A DNA stretch of 63,261 bases, filler included, from Octopus bimaculoides (Eukaryota), in NCBI RefSeq assembly GCF_001194135.2. It is 5 parts of 4 records of this genome, joined end to end, with 100 filler letters (N's around TTAATTAATTAA, not from the genome) between each part and the next. Parts side by side here need not be neighbours in the genome. Positions count along the whole stretch, not along the records: positions 1 to 6,071 come from NC_068982.1; positions 6,172 to 11,239 come from NC_069008.1; 3 more parts are not named here. The stretch is one strand, 5' to 3'. The translations under genes and the position numbers were made by a program. This document shows, piece after piece, positions 1 to 10,863 of this stretch. Below the pieces are notes generated by a model that had not been told where the DNA came from, made no database searches, and saw nothing but the letters and a program-made list of their open reading frames with translations. Each line of letters begins with the position of its first letter. The stretch's first letter is position 1.

Positions 1-30
1 GAAGACCTATTGGGGCAAGCCAGTACCGCC

Positions 31-183
31 TGTGTTTGTCCCCCACCTGTGCTTGACAACTGGTGTTGGTGTGTTTACGTCCCTGTAACTTAGTGGCTCA
101 GCAAAAGAGTCTAATAAAATAAGTATTAGGCTTTAAAAAAAAAAGTCCTGGCATTAATTTGTTCAGATAAGACCCTTCAAGGC
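31..183 (+). mobile_element. SINE family A (octopus OR/OK-type), 3' half
   Basis: Matches the module tgtgtttgtcccc...gcttgacaac...gtgtttacgtccc.gtaacttag...gcaaaagag...ataagta.tagg seen in full copies at 4841, 27445 and 30966. Confidence 0.75.
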
Positions 184-232
184 CTAAAGATAAAAGGTTT
201 CATTTTTTTGTTGCCACATGTTTATTCCATAT

Positions 233-271
<39 letters not shown>

Positions 272-869
272 TTTGTCTATCTTTCAGTGTATTGCCCATC
301 TTTCAGTGTATTGCCCATAGTCAGGTTAGTAAAACTTGATTGCTATGAAAACAAAGTTGGAATCTGGCACAGTAGGACAGTACTGTCTCTTCCTCCATTC
401 CTTCACCTTATTGAACTTGGCACACCCACAAACTTACTGCTCTATACTCTAATGACAGGCAGCATAGAAAAATATTCTCTAAAAATAGCAGCTGTAAATA
501 TTTGAAGAGTTGTGTCACATGTTTTGACAGGTTCTCTTGTTAGAAGGAATGTAGTGTATTACTTTTTAGAATTGGTGTCATCTGAAACAAATTAAATCAA
601 GCAATTGTTTTAGTTGAAGGGCTCAAAATTATTTCATACAGACATAGAGAAGCTTGACTGCTTGTAGCAAGATTTTAGTTATTGAATTAGTCAACACTTA
701 CACATTCAATCATGCTACTTTGGAAAATCTGAGTTATTGTACCATCACAAGTCCCTTCAAAATTCGGTAATGTACTTAAAATATTTTATAGTCAAGGAAT
801 TTGATGTTTTATTTTTCAATCTCAGATTGTTTGCAAGTGTACAGCATATTTATATATATATATATATTA

Positions 870-1085
870 GGAGTATGGAGTGTGGCAGAATTAATACAGC
901 AGTAGATAAAAGGCTTTTTGCTTTGTTATAATCCTCTACTTCCTGAGTTCAAATTTTGATAGGGTCTATTTTTCCCTTGTTCCTTCCAGCATTGATAAAA
1001 TAAGTACCAGTAATGTAATTGTTTCATTCAACTACATTTCTGCACCCAAATTTGTGGTTTTATGTATCATGTGGGAAATAAATAT
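870..1085 (+). mobile_element. SINE family B, degenerate
   Basis: tggcagaatt...ctgagttcaaattt...gataaaataagtaccag, homologous to the copy at 3417. Confidence 0.55.
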
Positions 1086-1137
1086 TATTTTAGAAATATG
1101 TATGTATGTACATATGTATGCATGCATGCATGCATGC

Positions 1138-1524
1138 GTGGAGGCGCAATGGCCCAGTGGTTAGGGCAGCGGACATGCGGTCACAGATTCACAGTTTTGA
1201 TTCCCAGACCGGGCGTTGTGAGTGTTTATTGAGCGAAAACACCTAAAGCTCCACGAGGCTCTGGCAGGGGATGGTGGCGAACCCTGCTGTACTCTTTTAC
1301 CACAACTTTCTCTCATTCTTACTTCCTGTTTCTGTTGTGCCTGTAATTCAAAGGGTCAGCCTTGTCACACTGTGTCACGCTGAATATTCTGGAGAACTAC
1401 GTTAAGGGTACACGTGTCTGTGGAGTGCTCAGCCACTTGCACGTTAATTTCACGAGCAGGCTGTTCCGTTGATCAGATCAACTGGAACCCTCGACGTCGT
1501 AAGCGACGGAGTGCCAACAACAAC
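1138..1524 (+). mobile_element. tRNA-derived SINE family C, full length, inserted in (ATGC)n
   Basis: A-box-like TGGCCCAGTGG and B-box-like GTTTTGATTCC; 3' half shared with the copy at 28533; (caa)n tail; (atgc)n on both flanks. Confidence 0.8.
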
Positions 1525-2159
1525 ATGCATGCATGCATACCATTATTTTAACCTACATTTTCAGACTTGCATAGGCCAAAAATAAATAAATAAATAAAAA
1601 TAAGTTCTTACATCCACATATACTAGCATTGGAAAATAGATGCAAAATAATAAATGTTCTCTAGCAGTAGATCTTGAGGTTTTTTAGCCATCTTAGTTGA
1701 GAGAGTACTTATCTTGATAATGGATATATGTAATTTCTGTTATAATCCACAAAGGTCAAGAGATCAATAAGCTCTATGCTTAACTCCTGTTTTTGTGGTG
1801 TTATGAAATATGAGAAAAGTTTACCTGAATAAAAAGCTAGTTTGCAGCAGGCAATTTTCCCAGAAAACCAGGTTCCTATTTTTTGACCAAGTAAAACTGC
1901 GACAGCTTAGAATTTTGTGTCTTACTCAAAAGCACAGTGAAATGCCTGCAGTAGATATGATCTAGGAGCCAGTGGTTGTTGTTTAACCTACCTTAACCAC
2001 TCACCTTTGCTCATCATTTATCTCTCATCTAACTGCAGTTTTATTATTATTCTTCCACCCTTTCTGCACTTTCACCCATCACTTCTTCTCCTGAGTCACT
2101 TCTATTTCATATCACCTTCCACTCCAACTCATATTTACCATTGACCAAAGACATTCAAG

Positions 2160-2517
2160 CGAGATCGTTGCCAGTGATGTCGAACTGGCTCCTGTGCAGG
2201 TGGCACGTAAAATACACCATTTCGAGCATGGCCGTTGCCAGTACCGCCTGAGTGGCCTTCGTGCCAGTGGCACGTAAAAGCACCCACTACACTCTCGGAG
2301 TAGTTGGCATTAGGAAGGGCATCCAGCTGTAGAAACTCTGCCAAANNNNNNNNNNCCACTACACTCTCGGAGTAGTTGGCATTAGGAAGGGCATCCAGCT
2401 GTAGAAACTCTGCCAAATCAGATTGGAGCCTGGTGTAGCCATTTGGTTTCACCAGTCCTCAGTCAAACCGTCCAACCCATGCTAGCATGGAAAGCGGACG
2501 TTAAATGACGATGATGA
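2160..2517 (+). mobile_element. RTE-tail-type SINE/LINE 3' region with tandem ~60-nt units
   Basis: Repeated gccagt...ctggc / gtgcc.gtggcacgtaaaa units, then aggaagggcatccagctgtagaaac...ccaacccatgctagcatggaaagcggacgttaaa and a (gat)n tail; homologous to 10180-10512. Confidence 0.75.
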
Positions 2518-3416
2518 ATGAATGATGACCATACCCAGTCCCTTATTTACCATTCACTACATTCACTTCCACCCACCTCACTAACCACCTGTCACTCTCC
2601 TCCCACATTCTTGCAAACTTTACACACCCACCCTTCTTAATGATGAGCCATGTCACATGCAGCTTGTTTCTTGTAAAAGGTTGCCCATGTCTGGTTAGAA
2701 AATAAATCTAAGCATTATATAGCTTTCACTTGCTTTTCAACTATTTGATGGCATAATTCTTGATCTCAGACACAAATTTAGCTTGCCATATAAGATAGAG
2801 ATGTCAGTGAATGATGGGAATAGCAATATTGTGTCAAGTATTGGAGGGCATTTCCAAAATATGATATCTATATTATAGTCTCCTCAAATAAATAAGGTTA
2901 CAAGCAGCTCTATATAATGCCAGCTAGTAGTAATATGCTGCAGATAGTGGACTAATCTGTGAACAAGCACAAAGGATTTGTGCTTTCTTGAGGTAAATGT
3001 TTTTCAGTTAGATATTCCTCTTATTGTTAACTATTCAATTATGCTGAAAAAATGGAGCTTTTCTTCTTTTGTTTTCTATTTTTCTTTTGCAGTTAGGTAA
3101 ACTATAACAAATTTAGTTACATGCCTTGCTCAGAGATAGTACAGTGGTAAAATTTAGATTTATAATGATGTAGTCAAATATCAAATAGTTTTCTCTTGTC
3201 CCCAAATTACCAAATCATTTTCATCTATTAACATGGTTTTGCAAATCAATTTATTCTATACTTTGAATTATAAAGTACAGTTAATGGGAATCCAGAAACA
3301 AGTTATGTTGGACAAGTATCAGCTATCCAATCAGAATTTTCAAACTTGTCAGACTTGTTCCTGATCACATTAATCATTATTAACTTAAGGTCAGTGGATT
3401 GACAGAATCCTTAAAG

Positions 3417-3845
3417 CAATAAGGCAGCAAACTGGAAGAAACATCAGCATGCCAGGCAAAGTGTTTAGCGGTATTTAGTCTGTCTTTATGTTCTGAGTTT
3501 GAATTCTGCCAAGGTCGACTTTGCCTTTCATCCTTTTGGGGTTGATAAATCAAGTACCAGTTGCGTACTGGGATTGATGTAATCAACTGCCCCCCCCCCC
3601 CCAAAAAAAATTTGCGGGTCTTGTGCCTAGAGTAGAAAAAAAAAATCCTTAAAGCGATGGATAAAATACCTGCAATATTTGTTCCGGCTCTTTACATTCT
3701 GGGTTCAAATCCCACTAAGGTTAACTTTGCTTTTCATCATTATGGAGTTGACAAAACAAGAACCATTTAAGTACTGGAGTTGATATAATCAAGTGATCTT
3801 CTCCCCTCAGAAATTGCTGACTTTGTGCTTAAATTAGAAACTTTT
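3417..3845 (+). mobile_element. Two tandem SINE family B copies
   Basis: aaggcagcaaactggaagaa...ctgagtttgaattctgccaaggtcgactttgcctttcatcc...aagtaccag (3417-3645), followed by a second copy with ctgggttcaaatccc...aaggttaactttgcttttcatc (3648-3845). Confidence 0.7.
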
Positions 3846-3864
3846 TATTTTTTATCTTTTATTT

Positions 3865-4200
3865 CTTTCAGTCATTAAATTGTGGCCATGCTGGGGCACT
3901 GTCTTAAAGAACTTTTAGTTGAATGAATTGACCCTAGTACTTATTATTTCCCTTCTTTTTTTTTTGGTCTTACACTTATTCTATCAGTTTCTTTTGCTAA
4001 ACCACTAAGTTATGGGGACAACACTGGTTGTCAGTGTTTATAATAGAATAGTTTATAGTCAAGGATATAACTTTAAAGCTTAAATATTAAATCTTTACTC
4101 TTTTACCCTTTATCTATTTTCAGTCAGTGAACTGTGGCCATGCTGCAGTACTACCTTGAAGGGTTTAGTTGAGCAAATTAAACCCAGTACATTTTTTTTA
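3865..4200 (-). mobile_element. SINE family A 3' fragments (two)
   Basis: Reverse-strand cagtca...tgtggccatgctg...ttagttga...ttga.ccc.agtac at about 3865-4040 and 4115-4200. Confidence 0.7.
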
Positions 4201-4672
4201 ACCTGTGTGTGTGGCGGGGGATAGGGTAGGTGTGTGTGCATCTGTGTGCACCTATGTGTGTATGTGCATCCACATGTACAGACATGCATGGGTGCACACA
4301 TACACCTACCCTGTCCTCCCTTTCCCCTCCCTACATAAGGATGACAAGCAAATCTCAGCAGATTTGAAAGTGAACTGACCTTGGAAAAAAAAAGGCTGAA
4401 CCCATAAGGAGATCATGGATGGCAAAGGCACATACATTGGCAAACATACAGTAATTCTTCAGTTACTCTCACCCTTCCCTTCTCTTGTAAGCAACCACAC
4501 ATACACACAGGCATAAAACTAATTCTCAGACAGACAGACAGACGTTGAAGAGAGGAGGCATATCATTGATGAGGTCATGAATAGCAAGAAAAGGACTTTG
4601 ACAAACAAACAGCTGGTTGATTGTTTAATCAATACATACATTAAACAAATTATTGGTTAGTTAGTTGGTTAG

Positions 4673-4817
4673 ATATTTATTCAATTGACAAACAACACAG
4701 AAGTGATATTGGACCAGTCCATGTGTCTATTATTATTGGTGTTATGACTCTCCCAAGAAAACAACAAGATTTGTTTCAACATCTGAATCCACATAAAGAA
4801 TATTGCAAACCAAATAC
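4673..4817 (+). CDS. Candidate internal exon of an unidentified host gene (DIYSIDKQHRSDIGPVHVSIIIGVMTLPRKQQDLFQHLNPHKEYCKPN)
   Basis: AG at 4671-72, GT(AAAC) at 4818-19; 145 nt open in one frame; phase-2 end matches the exon candidate at 5623. No protein family recognised. Confidence 0.4.
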
Positions 4818-4840
4818 GTAAACAATATAAAGTGAAAGTT

Positions 4841-5227
4841 AGGAGTGGCTGTGTGGTAAGTACCAACCACATGGTTCCGGGTTCAGTCCCACTGCATGGC
4901 ATCTTGGGCAAGTGTCTTCTACTATAGCCTCGGGCTGACCAAAGCCTTGTGAGTGCATTTGGTAGACGGAAACTGAAAGAAGCCCTTTGTATATATGTAT
5001 ATATATGTGTATGTGTTTGTGTGTCTGTGTTTGTTCCCCCAACATCGCTTGACAACTGATGCCTGTGTGTTTACGTCCCTGTAACTTAGCGGTTTGGCAA
5101 AAAGAGCCTGATAAAATAAGTACTAGGCTTTACAAAGAATATGTCCTGGGGTCGATTTGCTCGACTAAAGGCAGTGCTCCAGCATGGCCACAGTCAAATG
5201 ACTGAAACATGTAAAAGAGTAAAAGTA
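4841..5227 (+). mobile_element. SINE family A, full length
   Basis: Head ggagtggctgtgtggtaag...ggttccgggttcagtccc, core accttgggcaagtgtcttc-like, internal TA/TG tract, (gagtaaaa) tail. Confidence 0.85.
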
Positions 5228-5319
5228 TGATATTTCCAGCATAGCCCCTTGCCTGATCCAAGAATTAGATACTCCCAAGTGTCAGTCAGATAAACATGGA
5301 AAATCTGCAAGACTTTTTC

Positions 5320-5432
5320 AGTTTCTGCTTACCAAATCTACTCACAAGGCTTTGGTCTGCCAAGGGTTAAAAGTAGACGACACTTATCCAAGGTGCTGTA
5401 CAGTGGGACTGAACCCAAGAACATACAGTTGG
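5320..5432 (-). mobile_element. SINE family A 5' half
   Basis: Reverse-strand tttcagtttctg...accaaatctactcacaaggctttgg...gacacttatccaagg...gtgggactgaaccc. Confidence 0.7.
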
Positions 5433-5622
5433 AGGTGGGGGGCATGGTTGGATAGCTTGTCGATTGTTTGGATATACTTCTCTGACAGTTTATTTATATC
5501 TTACATTTTATTGTATACCTTGCTTAGTATATATGGTGTGGGGAGATGTGAAGAGTGTAGTTTATGAAAATAAATGATTTATTTGTTATTATGTCAATAA
5601 TAATTTTGTGTATTTTCTTTAG

Positions 5623-5659
5623 AAAGAAGACAAAAAAGGGAAAAAAAACTTTGAAGTAA
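5623..5659 (+). CDS. Candidate terminal exon (T-KKTKKGKKTLK-stop)
   Basis: Strong acceptor gtgtattttctttag at 5608-5622; phase-2 start compatible with exon 4673-4817; Lys-rich tail ending TAA. Confidence 0.35.
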
Positions 5660-5708
5660 AAAGTTGAATGTTCACTAACATAAAAGTGTTGAAATTAGAT
5701 AAATGTAT

Positions 5709-6071
5709 ATGAAAGTTACAGAGAGGGTCATAGCCCAACTAATTAGGGAGCGAATCAATTTAGATGAGATGCAGTTTGGGTTCGTGCCAGGTAAAAGCAC
5801 TACTGATGCCTTATTTCTAGTGAGACAGTTGCAAGAGAAATACCTAGCCAAGGATAAACCTCTGTACCTGGCTTTCGTTGACATGGAGAAAGCCTTTGAC
5901 AGGGTCCCCCGATCCCTTATCTGGTGGTCAATGAGGAAACTTGGGATAGAAGAATGGCTAGTGAGAGCTGTGCGAGCCATGTACAGAGATGCGGCCAGTA
6001 AGGTGAGGGTTGGAAATGAGTACAGCAATGAATTCCGGGTAGAGGTAGGGGTCCACCAAGGTTCCGTCCTC
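5709..6071 (+). mobile_element. RTE-clade LINE reverse transcriptase fragment
   Basis: QFGFVPGKSTTDALFLVRQLQEKY...AFVDMEKAFDRVPR...VGVHQGSVL motifs; truncated by the linker gap. Confidence 0.92.
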
Positions 6072-6171
6072 NNNNNNNNNNNNNNNNNNNNNNNNNNNNN
6101 NNNNNNNNNNNNNNNTTAATTAATTAANNNNNNNNNNNNNNNNNNNNNNNNNNNNNNNNNNNNNNNNNNNN
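6072..6171. other. Artificial scaffold spacer (44N-TTAATTAATTAA-44N)
   Basis: Exact 100-bp structure repeated four times in the window. Confidence 0.95.
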
Positions 6172-8005
6172 CTGGTGTTTGTATGGTGATTTGGAGCTGC
6201 AGTTTCAGAATCTGGGTGCAAGATTGTTACTAAAGTTTTTTTAAAAGATTGTTTGTTGTTCCTGGTTGTTTTTTTTTGTGTGGAGAAATTGAGTCTTTTT
6301 TCTTTTCTTTTTATTGCTTTTTCTTCTTTCTGAAGGATATTCAACTGTGGTTTATATTTTTTAATCAGTATATTTTCCTTATTTAAACGGAATTGGTTGA
6401 AGTGTTTCCAGTGCATTGATAGAGAGGGAAGATTTGGTATTTAAGGTTTATGTCTATGGGGCATCGGTCTAGGTGTTTGCTTACGGGAATTTTCCTAGTG
6501 GTGAGACTCCAGATTTGTTGCCTGTGCACCATAACTCTATTCCTCAAAGTTAAGCTAGTTTGACCTATGTAGTCCCCACCACACCCTCCACATTTGAGAA
6601 CATAGATTAAGGTCTTCAAAGCACAGGTGAAGTCATATTTTATGGTAAAAGTTTGGCCTAACTTAAATTTGTATGTTGAGCCCTCTATGAGGAAGTTCTG
6701 CAGTTAGGGCAGTTGCACATTTTGACTTGCGGGGTTGTATTTTTGGCGGGTAATTTGGTGCTGGTGAGTAATTTTCTTAGGGATTGCAGTTGTTTCTTGC
6801 TTTTAATAATCCTATGTGTTTCCAGTGCCTTTTTCATTTGCGGGTCCTTCATAAGGAGGGGTATGTTTTGGTGGATGATGTTGTATGCTTCCATGTTTCT
6901 TGGATTGTGTGTTGATATGTAAGATAGAGTTTTAAGTGTGTCCTGATGTTTTCTTATTTTGTGTAACTCTTGGATGTCTATCATTTTTGTACATTCTATT
7001 CCATTTTTATTAGACTGGCTGGGTATTTTCTATCCAGTAATGTGTTTTTAAGTTCTTGGAGTTGCTTTACTCGAGTTTCGGGATTTGATGCAATCATGCA
7101 AATTCTCGCTAAGTTAAACGGTATATCTATTTTAGTATGGTTTGGGTGGCGAGAGGAGAATAGAAGATATTGTTTTGAGTCCATTGGTTTGAAGAAGATG
7201 TCGGTTTCAATTTCAGTATCTCTCTCTATATGATTAAGATGTCCAGGAAGGATAGTTGTTTGTGACTGTATTCCATTGTAAACTGGATACTGTGGTTAAT
7301 GCTGTTGATTAAGTTTCTAAATTTTGAGAGTTGTTCAAGTTGAAACAGTCATATAAGTAGCATTTCCAGTTGGTGAATAAGTATTTTTGGAAGTTGTCTC
7401 CAAATTTCAGTGTGGTGTGTTCGTATATTTGGACTTCCAAGTAAGCCATGACAAGGTTGGCAAAAGTAGGTGCTACCCTCGTTCCCATCGCCGTGCCCGA
7501 TTTTTGTCTATAAGTGTTTTCGTGAAATTGAAGAAGTTGTTTTGTAAGATGAATTTTATTCCTTTAACAATGAATTCTTTTCTGATTCAGTCAGGAATGT
7601 CATTTGGGAATTTTTCCAGCCAGTAGTGTATGGCTATTATTCTGCATTCATGAGGAACCAAGGTGTAGTGGTTTATTACATCGAATGAAACCAGAAGGGA
7701 GTCCTTGCTGGTTTTGTTCGAGAGATGGTTTAAAAAGTCCAGATCATCCCGTATAAAGCTAGGTATATGTTGGAGAATAGGTTTAAGGAGGACGTCAATA
7801 AAGTTACTGAGTCTGTGTGACTCACACGAGAGACAGGCCACAATTGGTCTCATTTTGAGATCTCTCGGGTGCGGAATATTTATGACTATAGAAGTTGATT
7901 TGTTACAGGCTTCGTTTATGGCATCACTTTTGTGGATTTGGGAAGGGACTGAAGTTCTCCACTTCTGAATTTTGCAAATCATCTTCTGCAAGTTCTTTCA
8001 TTCAA
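6172..8005 (-). mobile_element. Penelope-like element (RT + GIY-YIG), frameshifted
   Basis: PQIHKS...KMRPIVAC; WKCYLYDCF (decayed RYLDD); SRHPNHTKIDIPFNLA; LIYVLKCGGCGGDYIGQTSLTLRNRV (GIY-YIG). Confidence 0.9.
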
Positions 8006-8105
8006 NNNNNNNNNNNNNNNNNNNNNNNNNNNNNNNNNNNNNNNNNNNNNNNNNNNNNNNNNNNNNNNNNNNNNNNNNNNNNNNNNNNNNNNNNNNNNNN
8101 NNNNN

Positions 8106-8215
8106 AAATTGGTTGCATAGTTCTCGAGTTTTAGGGATTCACACACACACACACACACACACTCACACACACACACAGACAGACAGACATTCTCATTTTT
8201 ATATATATAGATAGA
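8106..8215 (-). mobile_element. Non-autonomous Helitron 5' end
   Basis: Reverse strand reads TCTATCTATATATATAAAAATGAGAATGTCTGTCTGTC(TG)n...aactatgcaaccaattt, a typical Helitron-N start; runs into an N gap. Confidence 0.6.
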
Positions 8216-8432
8216 TATACACATATATATATTTAATTATATGTATTTATTTTCTCTTAGTTAACAATTAACTCTGATAAAATAAATTGGTTAATAGTTA
8301 CCAGGGTAGCAAAGTTCACAAAATAACTTTGGTGTAACTCCTGTTTATGAGGTAGAAACTCCCTGTTAATTTGAGGTATTTTGAATAAATATAAGATTAA
8401 ATAAATGGAGTTATACACGTGTTAAATAATTT

Positions 8433-8527
8433 CTTCTATTTCCGACATATGTTTTGAAGATTACATTTGGTTCATTCGAAAGGAATGAATGATGTTGCGA
8501 AAGATGTAATCTTCTCTTCTGGGAAAT
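8433..8527 (-). ncRNA. Type I hammerhead ribozyme motif in a PLE pseudo-LTR, two core mutations
   Basis: Minus strand: stem I ATTTCC/GGAAAT; core CAGAAGA (U4 to A); stem II GAAGATTACAT/ATGTAATCTTC; AAAAC (G12 to A); palindromic stem III ACATATGT; cleavage triplet GTC. Confidence 0.7.
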
Positions 8528-8559
8528 ACATAAAAATCAACTCAACCATAGGAGGTTTC

Positions 8560-10165
8560 TACGGGACAACTTGTTGAGAGCCACCAACCAGATCTGTGGA
8601 TGGTGCAAAGTCCCCTCTTGGCCCAAGGTAAAGTGGTGGTGGAACAATGTGGTTGACAGTGCTCTTAGACAAAAGAAACAGGCTTGGAAGGACTGGTAGA
8701 ATGTTGGTAGCAGGGAATTGTATCAGACTGCCTGAAAGGAAGCTAAGAGACAGGTTTATTTAGTCAGAGGGGAAGCAGATAAGAAAAGATTTGCCAATGT
8801 TCTGCGCCGTGAGGACCAAAGACTTGAAGTATTTCATGTTGCAAGACAGTGTGTGAGAGAGAATCGTGATGTCGTAGGAGAGAAATGTGTCCGCATGGAT
8901 GATGGTTCACTTGCACTAAACCAGGCTGCAAAGAGAGAGGTTTGGAGACGCCACTACGAAAGATTGCTCAATAAGGAGAATGAATGGGAGGAAGAGAGTC
9001 TGCCACATGTCGACCCAACAGAGGGACCAGCTATCCGAGTTGACAGTACCATGGTAGATAAAGCAATTAAGAGTATGAAGACAGGGAAAGCCCCCNNNNN
9101 NNNNNNNNNNNNNNNNNNNNNNNNNNNNNNNNNNNNNNNNNNNNNNNNNNNNNNNNNNNNNNNNNNNNNNNNNNNNNNNNNNNNNNNNNNNNNNNNNNNN
9201 NNNNNNNNNNNNNNNNNNNNNNNNNNNNNNNNNNNNNNNNNNNNNNNNNNNNNNNNNNNNNNNNNNNNNNNNNNNNNNNNNNNNNNNNNNNNNNNNNNNN
9301 NNNNNNNNNNNNNNNNNNNNNNNNNNNNNNNNNNNNNNNNNNNNNNNNNNNNNNNNNNNNNNNNNNNNNNNNNNNNNNNNNNNNNNNNNNNNNNNNNNNN
9401 NNNNNNNNNNNNNNNNNNNNNNNNNNNNNNNNNNNNNNNNNNNNNNNNNNNNNNNNNNNNNNNNNNNNNNNNNNNNNNNNNNNNNNNNNNNNNNNNNNNN
9501 NNNNNNNNNNNNNNNNNNNNNNNNNNNNNNNNNNNNNNNNNNNNNNNNNNNNNNNNNNNNNNNNNNNNNNNNNNNNNNNNNNNNNNNNNNNNNNNNNNNN
9601 NNNNNNNNNNNNNNNNNNNNNNNNNNNNNNNNNNNNNNNNNNNNNNNNNNNNNNNNNNNNNNNNNNNNNNNNNNNNNNNNNNNNNNNNNNNNNNNNNNNN
9701 NNNNNNNNNNNNNNNNNNNNNNNNNNNNNNNNNNNNNNNNNNNNNNNNNNNNNNNNNNNNNNNNNNNNNNNNNNNNNNNNNNNNNNNNNNNNNNNNNNNN
9801 NNNNNNNNNNNNNNNNNNNNNNNNNNNNNNNNNNNNNNNNNNNNNNNNNNNNNNNNNNNNNNNNNNNNNNNNNNNNNNNNNNNNNNNNNNNCTAAAACCA
9901 AAGTCCTAATAAGTAGAAAGGCAGACAAACCCCAAACCCCTTCAGGTAGATGGCCCTGCTCAATCTGTAGAAAAGGCATGAGTAGAAACTCCATAAGATG
10001 TACCCAGTGTAAGGTATGGACACATAAGAAGTGCAGCAATATCAAAGGAAGGCTAACTAGGAAGATAGTTTTTGTATGTGCCAGATGCTCAGGAGCAATA
10101 AACACTGAAAATGTGCAGAGAACAACTTCTGCCACATTCCAGGGAGAAAAACTAGAGGTAGTTGA
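8560..10165 (+). mobile_element. RTE-clade LINE fragment (pre-RT region, gap, C-terminal Cys-rich region)
   Basis: tggtggtggaacaat (WWWN) motif; WRRHYERLLNKENEWE...AIKSMKTGKAP; after the gap KTKVLIS...WPCSICRKGM...CTQCKVWTHKKC. Confidence 0.9.
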
Positions 10166-10179
10166 AATCGAAATCGAAT

Positions 10180-10512
10180 TCAATGACAGCACCGCATGAC
10201 TAGCATTCGTGCTAGTGGAGCGCTAAGAGCACCATCTGAGCGTGATCATCACCAGGGCCGCTGACTGGCCCCTGTGCCGGTGGGATGTAAAAATCACCGC
10301 CTTGCTGGCACTTGTGCCGGTGGTACGTGGAAAACAACATTCGAGCAAAGTCATCGCCTGTGCCGCTGGACTGGCTCCTGTGCAGGTGACACTTAAAAAC
10401 ACCATGTGAGCATGGCCGTTGCCAGTACCGCCTGAATTGCCCTCATGCCAGTGGCACGTAAAAGCACCCACTACACTCTCGGAGTGGTTGGTGTTAGGAA
10501 TGATGATGATTA
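10180..10512 (+). repeat. Tandem array of about five ~60-nt double-hairpin units (RTE-tail/SINE module)
   Basis: Units gccag...ctggc + cgtgcc-ggt-ggcacg-taaaagcacc, followed by cccactacactctcggagtggttgg and (tga)n. Confidence 0.75.
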
Positions 10513-10863
10513 TGTTGATATAAAAGAATATACCTTTAGTTACCTTTAGTTCATATAAGAGATATCTACCATTATATATAATTTGAACATTGATTTTTTT
10601 TCTAACATTTACTTCCACCAGATATATCTATTTCCATGCCCTTAAACTTTTATTTTAATTCACATATTGCTCTATATTTCTCATTCATTAGTTTTCTGCT
10701 TATTTCTTTCCTTTACCCCCCCCCCCCTCTTTCTACAGGTTACCTTTGATGTTATATCCTCTAACAGTTTAAAAAAAAAATTTAATAGCATTCCGTTCAT
10801 CATTATACACATCCATCACATTCTGTTAAAATGCCTTATTGATGAGTTTGGATTCTTTCTTTC

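Noticed and set aside
702-774. Minus-strand exon candidate TLPNFEGTCDGTITQIFQSSMIEC with a GTAAGT donor
   Set aside because: Weak acceptor, no phase-compatible partner, and it conflicts with the better plus-strand chain in the same segment.
1138-1215. tRNA-like sequences in SINE heads (also 38340-38410 and 28533-28600)
   Set aside because: They continue into SINE bodies and lack a complete cloverleaf; not tRNA genes.
1611-1824. Minus-strand AG...GT segment
   Set aside because: Stops in all three frames.
2285-2416. Identical ~60-bp duplication on both sides of a 10-N gap
   Set aside because: Typical unmerged contig overlap, not a biological repeat.
3093-3096. Possible 4-nt microexon TTAG after a strong polypyrimidine tract
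   Set aside because: Cannot be supported without reads; it creates a stop if joined to the 2992 donor.
10180-10512. CRISPR-like appearance of regularly spaced repeats
   Set aside because: Units are contiguous degenerate tandem repeats without unique spacers, in a eukaryotic retroelement context with no cas genes.
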